Positions 1 to 8,830 of a DNA stretch of 64,000 nucleotides are shown here, one piece after another. This DNA is from Candidatus Binatia bacterium. GTDB taxonomy: Bacteria > Desulfobacterota > Binatia > UBA9968 > JAJDTQ01. The position numbers were made by a program, and so were the translations under genes. Numbering within the stretch: position 1 is the first letter of the stretch; each line of letters starts with the position of its first letter. The notes beneath the pieces are model-generated. The model had not been told where the DNA came from. It saw only the letters and a list, made by a program, of their open reading frames with translations, and searched no databases. The stretch covers positions 4,192,001 to 4,256,000 of the forward strand of contig OY762897.2 of NCBI GenBank assembly GCA_963666515.2. The letters are read 5' to 3'.

Positions 1-921
1 GTGACCGGCTCTTCCGCGGCACTGCTGTCTCGCGAGATCGCCACGGCGTTGCGCGGCCGGGCATGGCAGGTCCTCATGCACCCGTTCGGCTTCGACGAGG
101 CGCTACGTCACCAGGGCGTGGAGCTTCCGAAACGGACGGATGTCCTGCCCCGCGGCGAGCGCCTGCGCCTGGAGCGGGCGTTTGCGGCGTGGCTGGTTGC
201 CGGCGGGTTCCCGGAAGCCCAGGGGCTGGACACCGCGCCCCGGCATCAATTGCTGCGCGACTACGTGGACGTGGCGGTGCTTCGCGATGTGGTGGAACGT
301 CACGGAGTCGGGAACGTCACCGGGCTCCGATGGCTCGTGCGCCAACTGCTCGGAAACGCGGGCGGCTCGTTCAGCGTCGAGAAGTTCCACGCGGCCCTCA
401 GGTCGCAGGGCATCGCCATTGGCAGGGACACGGTCCACCAGTTCCTTGGCTACCTCGAGGACTGCTTTCTCGTGCGCGTCGTCTGGATGGAGTCGAGTTC
501 CGAGCGCCAGCGGATGGTCAATCCGCGCAAGGCGTATCCCGTGGATCCGGGCTTGATCCCCGTTTTCGACCGCACGGGCCGCGCCAACATCGGACACGCG
601 CTCGAGACCGCCGTGCTCATCGAGTTGGAGCGGCGCCGGCTCGACGTGACCTACGTTCGCACCCGGCAGGGGTACGAGGTGGACTTTCTGGCCCGCGACG
701 CGGACGGACGCCGGGAACTGATTCAGGTCTGCGCCGATGCGTCGGATCCCGCCACCGCCGAACGCGAGCTTCGAGCCTTGACAGCGGCAGGCGAGCAATT
801 CCCCGACGCCGAGATGCGCCTGCTGACCCTGACCCGTGACGGCATACCCGACCCGTTGCCGGACGGCGTTGTGGCGCAGCCGGCGTGGACCTGGATGCTT
901 GGGTCCGGTGACTTGGTTTGA
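1..921 (+). CDS. ATP-binding protein, AAA_14 + DUF4143 family (5'-truncated by window edge)
   Basis: TGSS..LL...IATALRGR, GGFPE, NPRKAYPVDPGL, LETAV and EVDF...IQVC motifs typical of AAA_14/DUF4143 ATPase-nuclease proteins; Walker A lies outside the window. Confidence 0.85.
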   Translation: MTGSSAALLSREIATALRGRAWQVLMHPFGFDEALRHQGVELPKRTDVLPRGERLRLERAFAAWLVAGGFPEAQGLDTAPRHQLLRDYVDVAVLRDVVERHGVGNVTGLRWLVRQLLGNAGGSFSVEKFHAALRSQGIAIGRDTVHQFLGYLEDCFLVRVVWMESSSERQRMVNPRKAYPVDPGLIPVFDRTGRANIGHALETAVLIELERRRLDVTYVRTRQGYEVDFLARDADGRRELIQVCADASDPATAERELRALTAAGEQFPDAEMRLLTLTRDGIPDPLPDGVVAQPAWTWMLGSGDLV

Positions 922-940
922 CGTGGCGTCAAGAGGCCGT

Positions 941-1705
941 CTAGCGGTGCAGCCAATTCGGCTTGCGTTTTTCCGCGAACGCCTGGACGCCTTCTTCCAC
1001 GTCCTCGGTTTCCAGCAGTTCCTTGAGGTAAATCTCCTCGGAACGGGCCAGAGCGACGGAAAGCTCCTTGAGGCCGATCTCCCGCAGGCCCCGGAGGGTG
1101 ATGCGCAGCACCGCGCGGCTCTTGTCCAGCAACTCGCCTCTGAGGGATTCGAGCGCTTGGCCGAGCTGATCCCGTGGCACAACCCGGTTGACGAGCCCGA
1201 TGGACTCGGCCTCCCGGGCCGACAGGCGGCGGCCGGTGAGGATCATCTCGGCGGCCCGGTGGTAGCCGATCTGCGAGGAGAAGCGCGCCAGCGCAACCGG
1301 TGGAAAACAGCCCACGGTAATCTCGGGCGTGGCGAACGAGCTCTCCTCGGAAGCGAGCACCAAGTCGCAGGACGAGGCCAACTCGCAGCCCCCGCCCAGG
1401 CAGACGCCGTCCACCACCGCAATGGTGGGCTGGCGAAGGCTCATCAGCTTCCGTATGACGCCGTGCACCAGGTCGAGCATCTCGGGCACCTGGGTACGGG
1501 TATGGTCCTTCACGTCGACGCCGGCGGAGAAGGCGCGTTCGCCAGCGCCGCTGATCTCCACGAGGTCCACCCCGCTGTCCTGGTCCAAAGTGTCCAGGAC
1601 CTGTCGCAGCTCTCGCAGCAGCGCTAGATTGAGCACGTTCAGCGGCGGCCGGTCGATGACCACGGAAGCCACCCCACCAGTCATTTCCAGAAGAATTCCT
1701 GCCAT
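941..1705 (-). CDS. Enoyl-CoA hydratase/isomerase (crotonase) family protein
   Basis: AFSAGVDV, CLGGGCELASSCD, PEITVGCFP and C-terminal EGVQAFAEKRKP motifs. Confidence 0.93.
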   Translation of the reverse strand: MAGILLEMTGGVASVVIDRPPLNVLNLALLRELRQVLDTLDQDSGVDLVEISGAGERAFSAGVDVKDHTRTQVPEMLDLVHGVIRKLMSLRQPTIAVVDGVCLGGGCELASSCDLVLASEESSFATPEITVGCFPPVALARFSSQIGYHRAAEMILTGRRLSAREAESIGLVNRVVPRDQLGQALESLRGELLDKSRAVLRITLRGLREIGLKELSVALARSEEIYLKELLETEDVEEGVQAFAEKRKPNWLHR

Positions 1706-1751
1706 CGTATCCTCCAGAACCCCGCCTCACCCCTCCTGGATTCCCGCTTTC

Positions 1752-1945
1752 CGGGCTGTGTCAAAACTCCGTCCTGCGTGCGGAAAGGCGACGACACTCG
1801 AATCGTCATTCCGGCGAAAGCCGGAATCCAGGGGTGGGGGAAGGCGGTAACGAGCGTACATGGCCACTCCGCCTCTGGATTCCGGCTTTCGCCGGAATGA
1901 CGACTGCGGCACGCCTCTGCCCCCGGCGGGTTTTGACACAGCCTG
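1752..1945. mobile_element. MITE-like non-autonomous element (194 bp) with 16-bp TIRs and 4-bp TSD TTTC
   Basis: Left end CGGGCTGTGTCAAAAC vs reverse complement of right end CAGGCTGTGTCAAAAC (15/16); TTTC at 1748-1751 and 1946-1949; no transposase. Confidence 0.8.
1805..1901. repeat. Inverted pair of REP-like palindromes GTCATTCCGGCGAAAGCCGGAATCCAG
   Basis: Copy at 1805-1831 and its exact reverse complement at 1875-1901; same unit at 48811 and 49732. Confidence 0.9.
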
Positions 1946-2017
1946 TTTCGCGGGAATAAGGGTAGATGGGTAACGCGGGAATGACAGGCCAAGGCGTCAA
2001 CTCCCCCACATAGGACA

Positions 2018-3529
2018 CTAGAACTGGAACACCAGCGACTTGATGGTGACCGGGACGGTGCCCGACGGTTCCAGCACCCGGCCCAGGTCGATGAAGTCGA
2101 AGTCGCGTAGCGTGATGCCGTCCAGGGCCATCACGTCGCCCTTGAGCCCGAAGTCCTGTTTCAGGATGGTGCCCACGAGCCCGGCCATGTCGTGGTCGAA
2201 CACCAGGTAGATGGGGCGCCCCTGCGCCACGGTCTGTGACAACCCCTCCATCAACCCCCGGCAGAACGCCGCGATGCGGAACGCCGCTGGCGGTCCCTGC
2301 CACACGAACACCAGCGCCACCTCGGCTTCGCCTTCGGCCAGGTCGAACGACCGGAAGTGGTTCTGGATGGTCTGCGCCATGGATGCCGGGTCGATGTCGC
2401 CGTCCAGGTCCACCGGCGGGCGCAGCACCTGGAGGTTCTTGCGCGGCAGCAGGTCGTCGTCGGAACGGTAGATGGTGTTGCCGGACACCTGTACGGTGTG
2501 CTGGGCCGCTCCCATCACCGTGGCCCGGATGCACTCGCGCGCGCTCACCAACGGCCCGGGCAGCGCGCCGTCGTCGATGCGGCGCCGCAACGCCCTGCCC
2601 AGCGGCGCACCGAGGTCGCCGTGGGACTCGCGCTCGTGGCCGTAGACGTATTCGCCGACGCCGCCGGAGAAGACTACCGCATCGCAATCACGGGATCCGT
2701 TCAGAGGAGGAGTCACCCACAGCGACTCAAGCTCGGGACTCGCGTCGCCGCCGGCGGCCAGGGTCAGCACCACGTCGGCCATGTGGCCGGCCAGCCGCTC
2801 GATGTCGTCCGGGCTTGCCCGATCCCCCACGTTCCAGTCCAGTCCCACGTGGCCGGCGAGAGCCTTGCCGCCGGGTTCCAGCACCGTGATGGCGCCGTCC
2901 CCGTCGGTGGCCAGCAGGCGCCCGCCCACGTGGAAGGCGGCGGTGCCCACCACCCGCCCGCGTTCGGCCAGCGCCAGTTTGGTGGTGCCGCCGCCGATGT
3001 CGATGTTGAGCACGCGGCATCCCTCTTCCGCGGAATGGGCCACGGCGCCGGAGCCGTGGGCCGCCAGCAGGGCCTCGAAGTTGTGGCCGGCGGTGGCGCA
3101 CACGAAGTCGCCGCGCTGGTCGGCGAACAGGTCCGCGATGGCGCGGGCGTTGTCCCGACGGATCGCCTCGCCCGTGAGGATGATGGCCCCGGTGTTGACG
3201 TCATTGGGCGTAAGCCCGGCCTCCTCGTAGGCGTCGTCCACGAGCCGTCCCAGGGCCTCGTCGTCGATGCGTTCGCGGTTGGCGGTGTAGGGGGTGAAGC
3301 GGATGGGGGAGAGGTAGAGGGTCTTCCGCTCCGTCACCACGAAGCGGCTCGACAGCTCCCGTCCCAGCCGCCGCAGCACCAGCCGCGAGAACAGGATCTG
3401 GGACGTGGCCGTGCCCACGTCGATGCCGACGCTGGTCAGGGTGATGGTGTCGAGCTTCCAGAGAGGGTGGTCTTCCTCTTCCTCCGGCGCCCCGCCGTCG
3501 TGATCGTGGTCGTCCCCGATGTCGTGCAT
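2018..3529 (-). CDS. eutA: EutA-like actin-fold ATPase (ethanolamine ammonia-lyase reactivase family)
   Basis: SVGIDVGTATSQ, TGAIILTGEA, DFVCATAG, NIDIGGGTTK, FSGGVGE, IRATVMGA and VPVTIKSLVF motifs; no eutBC in window. Confidence 0.85.
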   Translation of the reverse strand: MHDIGDDHDHDGGAPEEEEDHPLWKLDTITLTSVGIDVGTATSQILFSRLVLRRLGRELSSRFVVTERKTLYLSPIRFTPYTANRERIDDEALGRLVDDAYEEAGLTPNDVNTGAIILTGEAIRRDNARAIADLFADQRGDFVCATAGHNFEALLAAHGSGAVAHSAEEGCRVLNIDIGGGTTKLALAERGRVVGTAAFHVGGRLLATDGDGAITVLEPGGKALAGHVGLDWNVGDRASPDDIERLAGHMADVVLTLAAGGDASPELESLWVTPPLNGSRDCDAVVFSGGVGEYVYGHERESHGDLGAPLGRALRRRIDDGALPGPLVSARECIRATVMGAAQHTVQVSGNTIYRSDDDLLPRKNLQVLRPPVDLDGDIDPASMAQTIQNHFRSFDLAEGEAEVALVFVWQGPPAAFRIAAFCRGLMEGLSQTVAQGRPIYLVFDHDMAGLVGTILKQDFGLKGDVMALDGITLRDFDFIDLGRVLEPSGTVPVTIKSLVFQF

Positions 3530-3547
3530 GGCCTGGCCGCGCGCCGG

Positions 3548-4783
3548 TCAGTCGATGAAGCTCCCCTCCGCGTCCGGGAGGTTGCCCTGCTCGCCCGGCA
3601 GGTTGCCGTGCTCGTCCGGGAACAGGACCTTGACCGCCTCGGCGCCGCCCACGCCCGTGCACCACGGCACCATGTTCTTCATCCGGCAGGTGATGCCGCG
3701 CTTGGCCAGCTCTTCCTCGAAGATCCGGTGGATCTCCGGGTCCTCGTCCTCGTACTCCACCTGGTAGCCGCCCTTCTTGCCGCTGACTTCGCCGGTGCGG
3801 AGCACCGTGGACTCCTGCGCCTGCCAGCGGTTGACCGCGTACTTGCGCGACAGGCCCTGGTTCATCACCAGGTAGGTGGCCGGGGTCTCGCCGACGTTGA
3901 AGTGCTGGTGCAGCCACAGGCCTTGGCCGGCGCCGGAGAGGTAGAGGCTGCCTTCCTTCCAGTCGCAGCGGACCCGCTCCTCGTCGCCCCGCTGGGCGAG
4001 CACGTAGCCCTCGCCCTCGATGATGTAGAGGTGCGCGCCCGGGCCGTGGCGGTGGGACTTCTTGTAGTAGCCGGACTCGAAGCGGGACACGTGGGATTCC
4101 ATCAGGCCGGAGCCCATGACCATGAACGCGTTGGTGCCGCCGCCGCCCCGGCTCTTCCACTCGTACAGCGGCAGCTTGCGGATGTCGGGGATGAAGTTGG
4201 TCTCCCACACCCGGCCCTTGTAGAGCTTGGCCTCGGCGGTGAAGTAGTCCGGCTCGCCCTGGTAGCGGTCGTCGAAGTCGTAGTTGTTGTTGAAGATGAA
4301 GTGCTCGCTGTTCCACTGCCGGAAGATCTGCGGCAGGTCGGTGACGGAGAACCACCGGGCCGGCTGGGACAGGCTGGCGTTGAAGAACTGGTGCCAGGCG
4401 TTGGTGGGCGGCACGAAATAGCTGCCCGGACCCCACTCGAAGGTCTGCTTCTCGCCGCCCTCGCGCCACACCGAGCAGGAGCCGTGCCCCGACACCACGT
4501 AGATGGCCTCGGTGTACATGTGCCGGAGCGGCGCGGTGTAACCGCCCGGCGGCAGCTCGACGACGTGCTCGTCGCCGCCGTTGTCGCCGTCGAGGTAGCA
4601 CAAGGCGCCCTTGACGCCGTCGCCCTTGCGCGGCCACGGCCCCACCTCCACGGCCTTCATGTCCTCGATGAAGACCCCGCCCACCAGCGGAGCGCCCTCG
4701 CGTTCGCGCCACTCGGCGTAGGAATCGACGCGCGTGAGCGCGGGCTGTTTCTCCGGGTCCAGGGGGGTGGTGGGTATGGTCAT
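3548..4783 (-). CDS. Double-cupin protein (distantly gentisate 1,2-dioxygenase-like)
   Basis: Two cupin motif sets: RHMYTEAIYVVSGHG...PPTNAWHQFFN and HRHGPGAHLYIIEGEG...WLHQHFN. Confidence 0.8.
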   Translation of the reverse strand: MTIPTTPLDPEKQPALTRVDSYAEWREREGAPLVGGVFIEDMKAVEVGPWPRKGDGVKGALCYLDGDNGGDEHVVELPPGGYTAPLRHMYTEAIYVVSGHGSCSVWREGGEKQTFEWGPGSYFVPPTNAWHQFFNASLSQPARWFSVTDLPQIFRQWNSEHFIFNNNYDFDDRYQGEPDYFTAEAKLYKGRVWETNFIPDIRKLPLYEWKSRGGGGTNAFMVMGSGLMESHVSRFESGYYKKSHRHGPGAHLYIIEGEGYVLAQRGDEERVRCDWKEGSLYLSGAGQGLWLHQHFNVGETPATYLVMNQGLSRKYAVNRWQAQESTVLRTGEVSGKKGGYQVEYEDEDPEIHRIFEEELAKRGITCRMKNMVPWCTGVGGAEAVKVLFPDEHGNLPGEQGNLPDAEGSFID

Positions 4784-4934
4784 GATGCGGCCTCTCTTCG
4801 GTTGGGTTTTCTTCGTTTTCTTGGCGGGAAGGGTAGGCGATTGGCGGGAGACATGTCAACACGGGAGAACGTTTCGACGACTCTTGACCTGCCGGGAAGG
4901 GGAAAGGAGGCGGCAGCAGGAAACGTATGGAAGG

Positions 4935-5026
4935 GTGTTGCAAACGGCAGGTCATGGGCTTTACAAATACCCGGTCGAATGTGTTATAAATGCCTGGTCA
5001 AGTGTGTTACAAATCCCTGGTTGCTT
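4935..5026 (+). repeat. Four degenerate 23-bp tandem repeats (consensus ~GTGTTACAAATNCCNGGTC)
   Basis: Units start at 4935, 4958, 4981 and 5004: gtgttgcaaacggcaggtcatgg / gctttacaaatacccggtcgaat / gtgttataaatgcctggtcaagt / gtgttacaaatccctggttgctt. Confidence 0.75.
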
Positions 5027-5071
5027 CGGTGCCAGTTCCTCAAGGCTCAAAGCCGCCGGGAGTCTGTCCGT

Positions 5072-5096
5072 GTAGGGGCGACCGGCCGGTCGCCCC
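5072..5096 (+). repeat. GTAG-type REP-like palindrome
   Basis: GTAGGGGCGACCGGCCGGTCGCCCC: GTAG foot followed by a perfect GC-rich palindrome. Confidence 0.65.
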
Positions 5097-5157
5097 CCCT
5101 TGCGGGGTGCGCCGCAACGTAGGCGCCGGGGCCGAGGGTCAGGGCAGGTGTAGACAG

Positions 5158-6405
5158 GTGTACATTCCCAGAATAGCCGACAAGGAGCTTGCCGATCGGT
5201 TGCAATCGGCCGGGGCCGTGCTTGTCGAGGGTCCGAGGGCCTGCGGCAAGACCGAGACCGCTCGTCAGCGGGCCGTGAGCGAGGTCCTGCTCGACGTCGA
5301 TCAGAACGCGCGTCAGGCCATGGCGGTCGATCCGGCACTGGTGTTGGCGGGAGACAGGCCGCGGCTGATCGACGAGTGGCAGATCGAGCCCGCCATCTGG
5401 AACCATGTCCGGCGTGAAGTGGATCGGAGCCGCGGTCCCGGACAGTTCATACTGACGGGTTCGGCCGCGCCCGCGGACGACATCACCCGTCACACGGGCG
5501 CGGGGCGAATATCCCGCCTGAGACTGCGCACCATGAGCTCGTTCGAAAAGGGGTTCTCCAGCGGCCGGGTGTCCCTGTCGGACTTGATGAACGGTCGTTT
5601 CGAGGGCTGCCCAAACGAGGGCACGGTACTGACGGATCTCGTCTCGCACCTGAGCCGCGGCGGCTGGCCGGGCGACCTGGACCGGTCGGAGCAGGCTTGC
5701 CTGACCGCCCGCATCGACTACCTGGATGAAGTCCGCCGTGTGGATATCTCCGGCGTCGATGGCGTTTCCCGAGATCCTGGGAACGTCGGCCGCGTGCTTC
5801 AATCGCTCGCGCGGAACGTGGCCACGCCCGTCAGCGCGCAAACCATCGCCGCGGACGCCGGCGGGGGCGACGGCCCGCTGGACGGGGATACCGTGCGCGG
5901 CTACCTCGCCGCCCTGCGGCGGCTGATGGTGTACGAAGAGCAGCCGGCGTGGTCGCCGCGGCTCCGTTCCCGGTCCTTGCTGCGGCGCGCGGCGAAGCGC
6001 CACTTCGTCGATCCGTCCCTGGCTGTCGCAGCTCTGGGCGCAACCCCGGCCCGGTTGTTGGCAGACCTCAACTTCCTCGGTCTGTTGTTCGAATCCATGG
6101 TATACCGCGACCTGTCCGTCTACTCCCGTAACTGCGACGCGAGCGTTTATCACTACCGCGACAACACCAACCTGGAAGTCGGCACCGTGGTGCAGAACCG
6201 TCAGGGAGACTGGTGCGCCTTCGAGGTGAAGCTCGGCGCCGGGCAGGTTGACGCTGCTGCGGCGTCATTGTCGAAGTTCCGCGAGCGCGTGGACCGGGCG
6301 ACCGTTGGCGAACCCCGGATGCTTGGCGTTATCGTAGGCTCCGGCTATGGCTACGTCCGCCACGATGGCATCGCTGTCATCCCCATCGCCGCGCTGGGTC
6401 CATGA
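5158..6405 (+). CDS. ATP-binding protein, AAA_14 + DUF4143 family
   Basis: GTG start (VYIPRIAD); Walker A EGPRACGKT, Walker B LIDEWQ, FILTGSA, KRHFVDPSLA, FESMV, AFEVKLG; the usual EVD reads EVG here. Confidence 0.88.
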   Translation: MYIPRIADKELADRLQSAGAVLVEGPRACGKTETARQRAVSEVLLDVDQNARQAMAVDPALVLAGDRPRLIDEWQIEPAIWNHVRREVDRSRGPGQFILTGSAAPADDITRHTGAGRISRLRLRTMSSFEKGFSSGRVSLSDLMNGRFEGCPNEGTVLTDLVSHLSRGGWPGDLDRSEQACLTARIDYLDEVRRVDISGVDGVSRDPGNVGRVLQSLARNVATPVSAQTIAADAGGGDGPLDGDTVRGYLAALRRLMVYEEQPAWSPRLRSRSLLRRAAKRHFVDPSLAVAALGATPARLLADLNFLGLLFESMVYRDLSVYSRNCDASVYHYRDNTNLEVGTVVQNRQGDWCAFEVKLGAGQVDAAAASLSKFRERVDRATVGEPRMLGVIVGSGYGYVRHDGIAVIPIAALGP

Positions 6406-6437
6406 TCCGGCCGGCCGGCCAAAGAAAGGGACACCCC

Positions 6438-7601
6438 ATGTCTGGCCCGCTGAACGACATCCGCGTGGTGGACTTCACCCACGCCCTGAACGGTCCCTTC
6501 TGCACCATGCTGCTGGGGCATCTGGGGGCGGAGGTCATCAAGATCGAGCCGCCCCAAGGCGACAACTTCCGGCGCTCGTGGATGGCGCCTGACGCGGGCA
6601 AAGACGGCTACGAGTTCCTATGGATCAACGTCAACAAGAAGAGCGTGGCCCTGAACCTCAAGAGCGAGAGGGGGATCGAGTTGGCGCGCGGGCTCATCGC
6701 CCGGGCCGACGTGGTGGTGGAGAACTACCAGAAGGGCACCATGGAGCGTTTCGGGCTCGACTACGACTCGGTCAAGGACTTGAACCCGCGGCTCATCTAC
6801 GCCTGCTCGCGCGGATACGGCGAGTGGGGCCCCTACGCCGCCTACGGCAACACCGCGGCCACAAACAACAGTATGACCGGCTGGACACACACCGCCTGGG
6901 AGTACGCCGGCACTGAGGGCACCAAGTCCCTGGGCATCGGCGACGAGGCCGCGGGCGTGAGCATGACCGTGGGCATCCTGGCCGCGCTGCATGCCCGCGA
7001 GCGCACCGGCGAGGGCCAGAAGATCGTCGTGTCCATGCAGGAGGCAGTCCTGGGCTTCATGGTCAGCTCCATGCACGAGCACTTCACCGGCAACATGGTG
7101 GGCAACACTCCGATGGAGGTGGCCGACGGCTACTTCACGCTGCGGATACCGCATCTGGATGACGATGGGTGGGGCCTGTTGGCGAAGAGGATGGAGCGGC
7201 CGGAGTTGACGACGGATCAGCGGTTCGCCGGCGCGGCGGCCCGGCGGGAGAACAAGGACGAGTTGGACCGGATCGTCCGGGATTGGGCCCGCAGCCACAC
7301 CCGGCAGGAGATCTGGGACGCCGTGCGCGACCTCGGCTACTTCGGCGCTCCCGTCCTGTCCAAGGCCGAAGTCCTCGACGACCCCCACATCAAGGCCCGC
7401 AACGCCTTCATCGAGCGCGACCATCCCACTGCCGGTCCCACCACGCTACTGGCGCCATGGATCCACATGTCGCAGACCCCCGCGTCCATTCACGACGACG
7501 CCCCCGCCATCGGCCAGCACACCGACGAGGTGCTGGGGGGCCTGCTGGGGCTCGGCGAGGCGCAGTTGGCGGACCTGCGCGCGGTCGGGGCCATCCGCTG
7601 A
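6438..7601 (+). CDS. CoA-transferase family III (CaiB/BaiF)
   Basis: PLNDIRVVDF...GPFCTMLLGHLGAEVIKIE, NKKSVALNLK, catalytic-Asp region GIGDEAAG, APAIGQHTDEVL. Confidence 0.92.
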   Translation: MSGPLNDIRVVDFTHALNGPFCTMLLGHLGAEVIKIEPPQGDNFRRSWMAPDAGKDGYEFLWINVNKKSVALNLKSERGIELARGLIARADVVVENYQKGTMERFGLDYDSVKDLNPRLIYACSRGYGEWGPYAAYGNTAATNNSMTGWTHTAWEYAGTEGTKSLGIGDEAAGVSMTVGILAALHARERTGEGQKIVVSMQEAVLGFMVSSMHEHFTGNMVGNTPMEVADGYFTLRIPHLDDDGWGLLAKRMERPELTTDQRFAGAAARRENKDELDRIVRDWARSHTRQEIWDAVRDLGYFGAPVLSKAEVLDDPHIKARNAFIERDHPTAGPTTLLAPWIHMSQTPASIHDDAPAIGQHTDEVLGGLLGLGEAQLADLRAVGAIR

Positions 7602-7611
7602 GCCCGCAACG

Positions 7612-8349
7612 TCACTTCAACATGTCCCAGTCATCTGTCGAATCGGAGTGGACGAGATCGGCATGAATCTTCATGTTGCCCTTCAATCCTCCGAGTCGCT
7701 TACCGGAAGGGAGTTCCGTGGGCGTCTTGTCCGGGAACTCGCACAGGTCGGCGATGACGCAGCTCGGACACTCGGGCTTGCGTGCCTTGCAGACGTAGCG
7801 GCCATGCAGGATCAGCCAGTGGTGGGCATCCTTGCGGAACTCCGGTGGCGTCAGCCGGGTGAGCCGCGTTTCCACCTCCAGGGGGTTCTTCCCGCGCGCC
7901 ATGCGCGTGCGGTTGGCGACCCGGAAGATGTGCGTGTCCACCGCGATGGTAGGCTCACCGAAGGCGGTGTTGAGGATGACGTTGGCGGTCTTCCGGCCCA
8001 CGCCGGGGAGCTTCTCCAGGGCCTCCCGCGTGCGCGGCACCTGGCCGCCGTGCTCCTTGATGAGGATCCTGCAGGTCTTCAGGATGTTCTCGGCCTTGCT
8101 GTTGAAGAGGCCGATGGTGCGGATGTAGCGCTTAAGTCGTGTGGCGCCGAGCTTGAGGATATTCTCCGGCGTATTGGCCACCGGAAACAACTCGGCGGTG
8201 GCCTTGTTCACGCTCACGTCGGTAGCCTGGGCCGACAGCACCACGGCGACCAGCAGTTCGAACGGGTCGATCCAGTCCAGCTCGGTGGAGGGGCTGGGAT
8301 CGCGCTCCTGAAGGCGCGTGTAAATGGCGGTGCGCTTCTGCCTGTTCAT
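7612..8349 (-). CDS. nth: Endonuclease III with a 36-aa C-terminal extension
   Basis: LLVAVVLSAQATD, HhH LPGVGRKTANV, IAVDTHIFRV and 4Fe-4S C-x6-C-x2-C-x5-C; start MNRQKR at 8349. Confidence 0.95.
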   Translation of the reverse strand: MNRQKRTAIYTRLQERDPSPSTELDWIDPFELLVAVVLSAQATDVSVNKATAELFPVANTPENILKLGATRLKRYIRTIGLFNSKAENILKTCRILIKEHGGQVPRTREALEKLPGVGRKTANVILNTAFGEPTIAVDTHIFRVANRTRMARGKNPLEVETRLTRLTPPEFRKDAHHWLILHGRYVCKARKPECPSCVIADLCEFPDKTPTELPSGKRLGGLKGNMKIHADLVHSDSTDDWDMLK

Positions 8350-8478
8350 GGAAGTACTCGGAAACCTTCCAACTCCGCTGCCGATGTCAGCCTCCTGGTC
8401 TATCGTTACGATCGGCGGCCAAAGACTCCGAAATGCTCGTGGGACGACAGAGGCTGCTCTTGGCGCGGCAAGAAAAAT

Positions 8479-8537
8479 CTGCAATCATCCAATCTGTACG
8501 CCAGAATGGCGCATTTGTCCATTGTCGATGAATGCAG
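8479..8537. promoter_or_regulatory. Putative TA operator/promoter palindromes
   Basis: Inner TGTACGCCA-GAA-TGGCGCA (from 8495) enclosed by CTGCAATCATC...GATGAATGCAG (10/11 IR), just upstream of the DUF1778 gene SD. Confidence 0.45.
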
Positions 8538-8545
8538 GAGGCAAA

Positions 8546-8830
8546 ATGGCCGAGACAGCCGAATCGAAGCACGCTCGCGTTCACCTGCGCCTGGACACCC
8601 GGACCAAGCGCAAGCTGGAACGGGCGGCAGCCTATGAGGAAACGACCGTCAGCCGTTTCGTGCTGACCAACGCCGTGGCCGCGGCCGAGCGCGTGATCGA
8701 GTCGCGCGAGAAAATCGTTCTCTCGGCCGTGGACTGGGACGCCTTTCATGCCGCACTGCTCGACCCGCCGGAGCCGAACGCAACGCTGACAGAGGCGGCA
8801 CGGCGTTATCGCGAGCGCGTTGGTGAATGA
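8546..8830 (+). CDS. DUF1778 (TacA/AtaR-like RHH) antitoxin
   Basis: ARVHLRL...KRKLERAA...VSRFVL...IVLSAVDWDAFHAALLDPPEPNATL; overlaps the GNAT gene. Confidence 0.9.
   Translation: MAETAESKHARVHLRLDTRTKRKLERAAAYEETTVSRFVLTNAVAAAERVIESREKIVLSAVDWDAFHAALLDPPEPNATLTEAARRYRERVGE

Noticed and set aside
4935-5026. CRISPR array
   Set aside because: Contiguous degenerate 23-bp units with no unique spacers and no cas genes
2357-5122. 921-aa plus-strand ORF
   Set aside because: Antisense shadow of the eutA-like and cupin genes in high-GC DNA; no motifs
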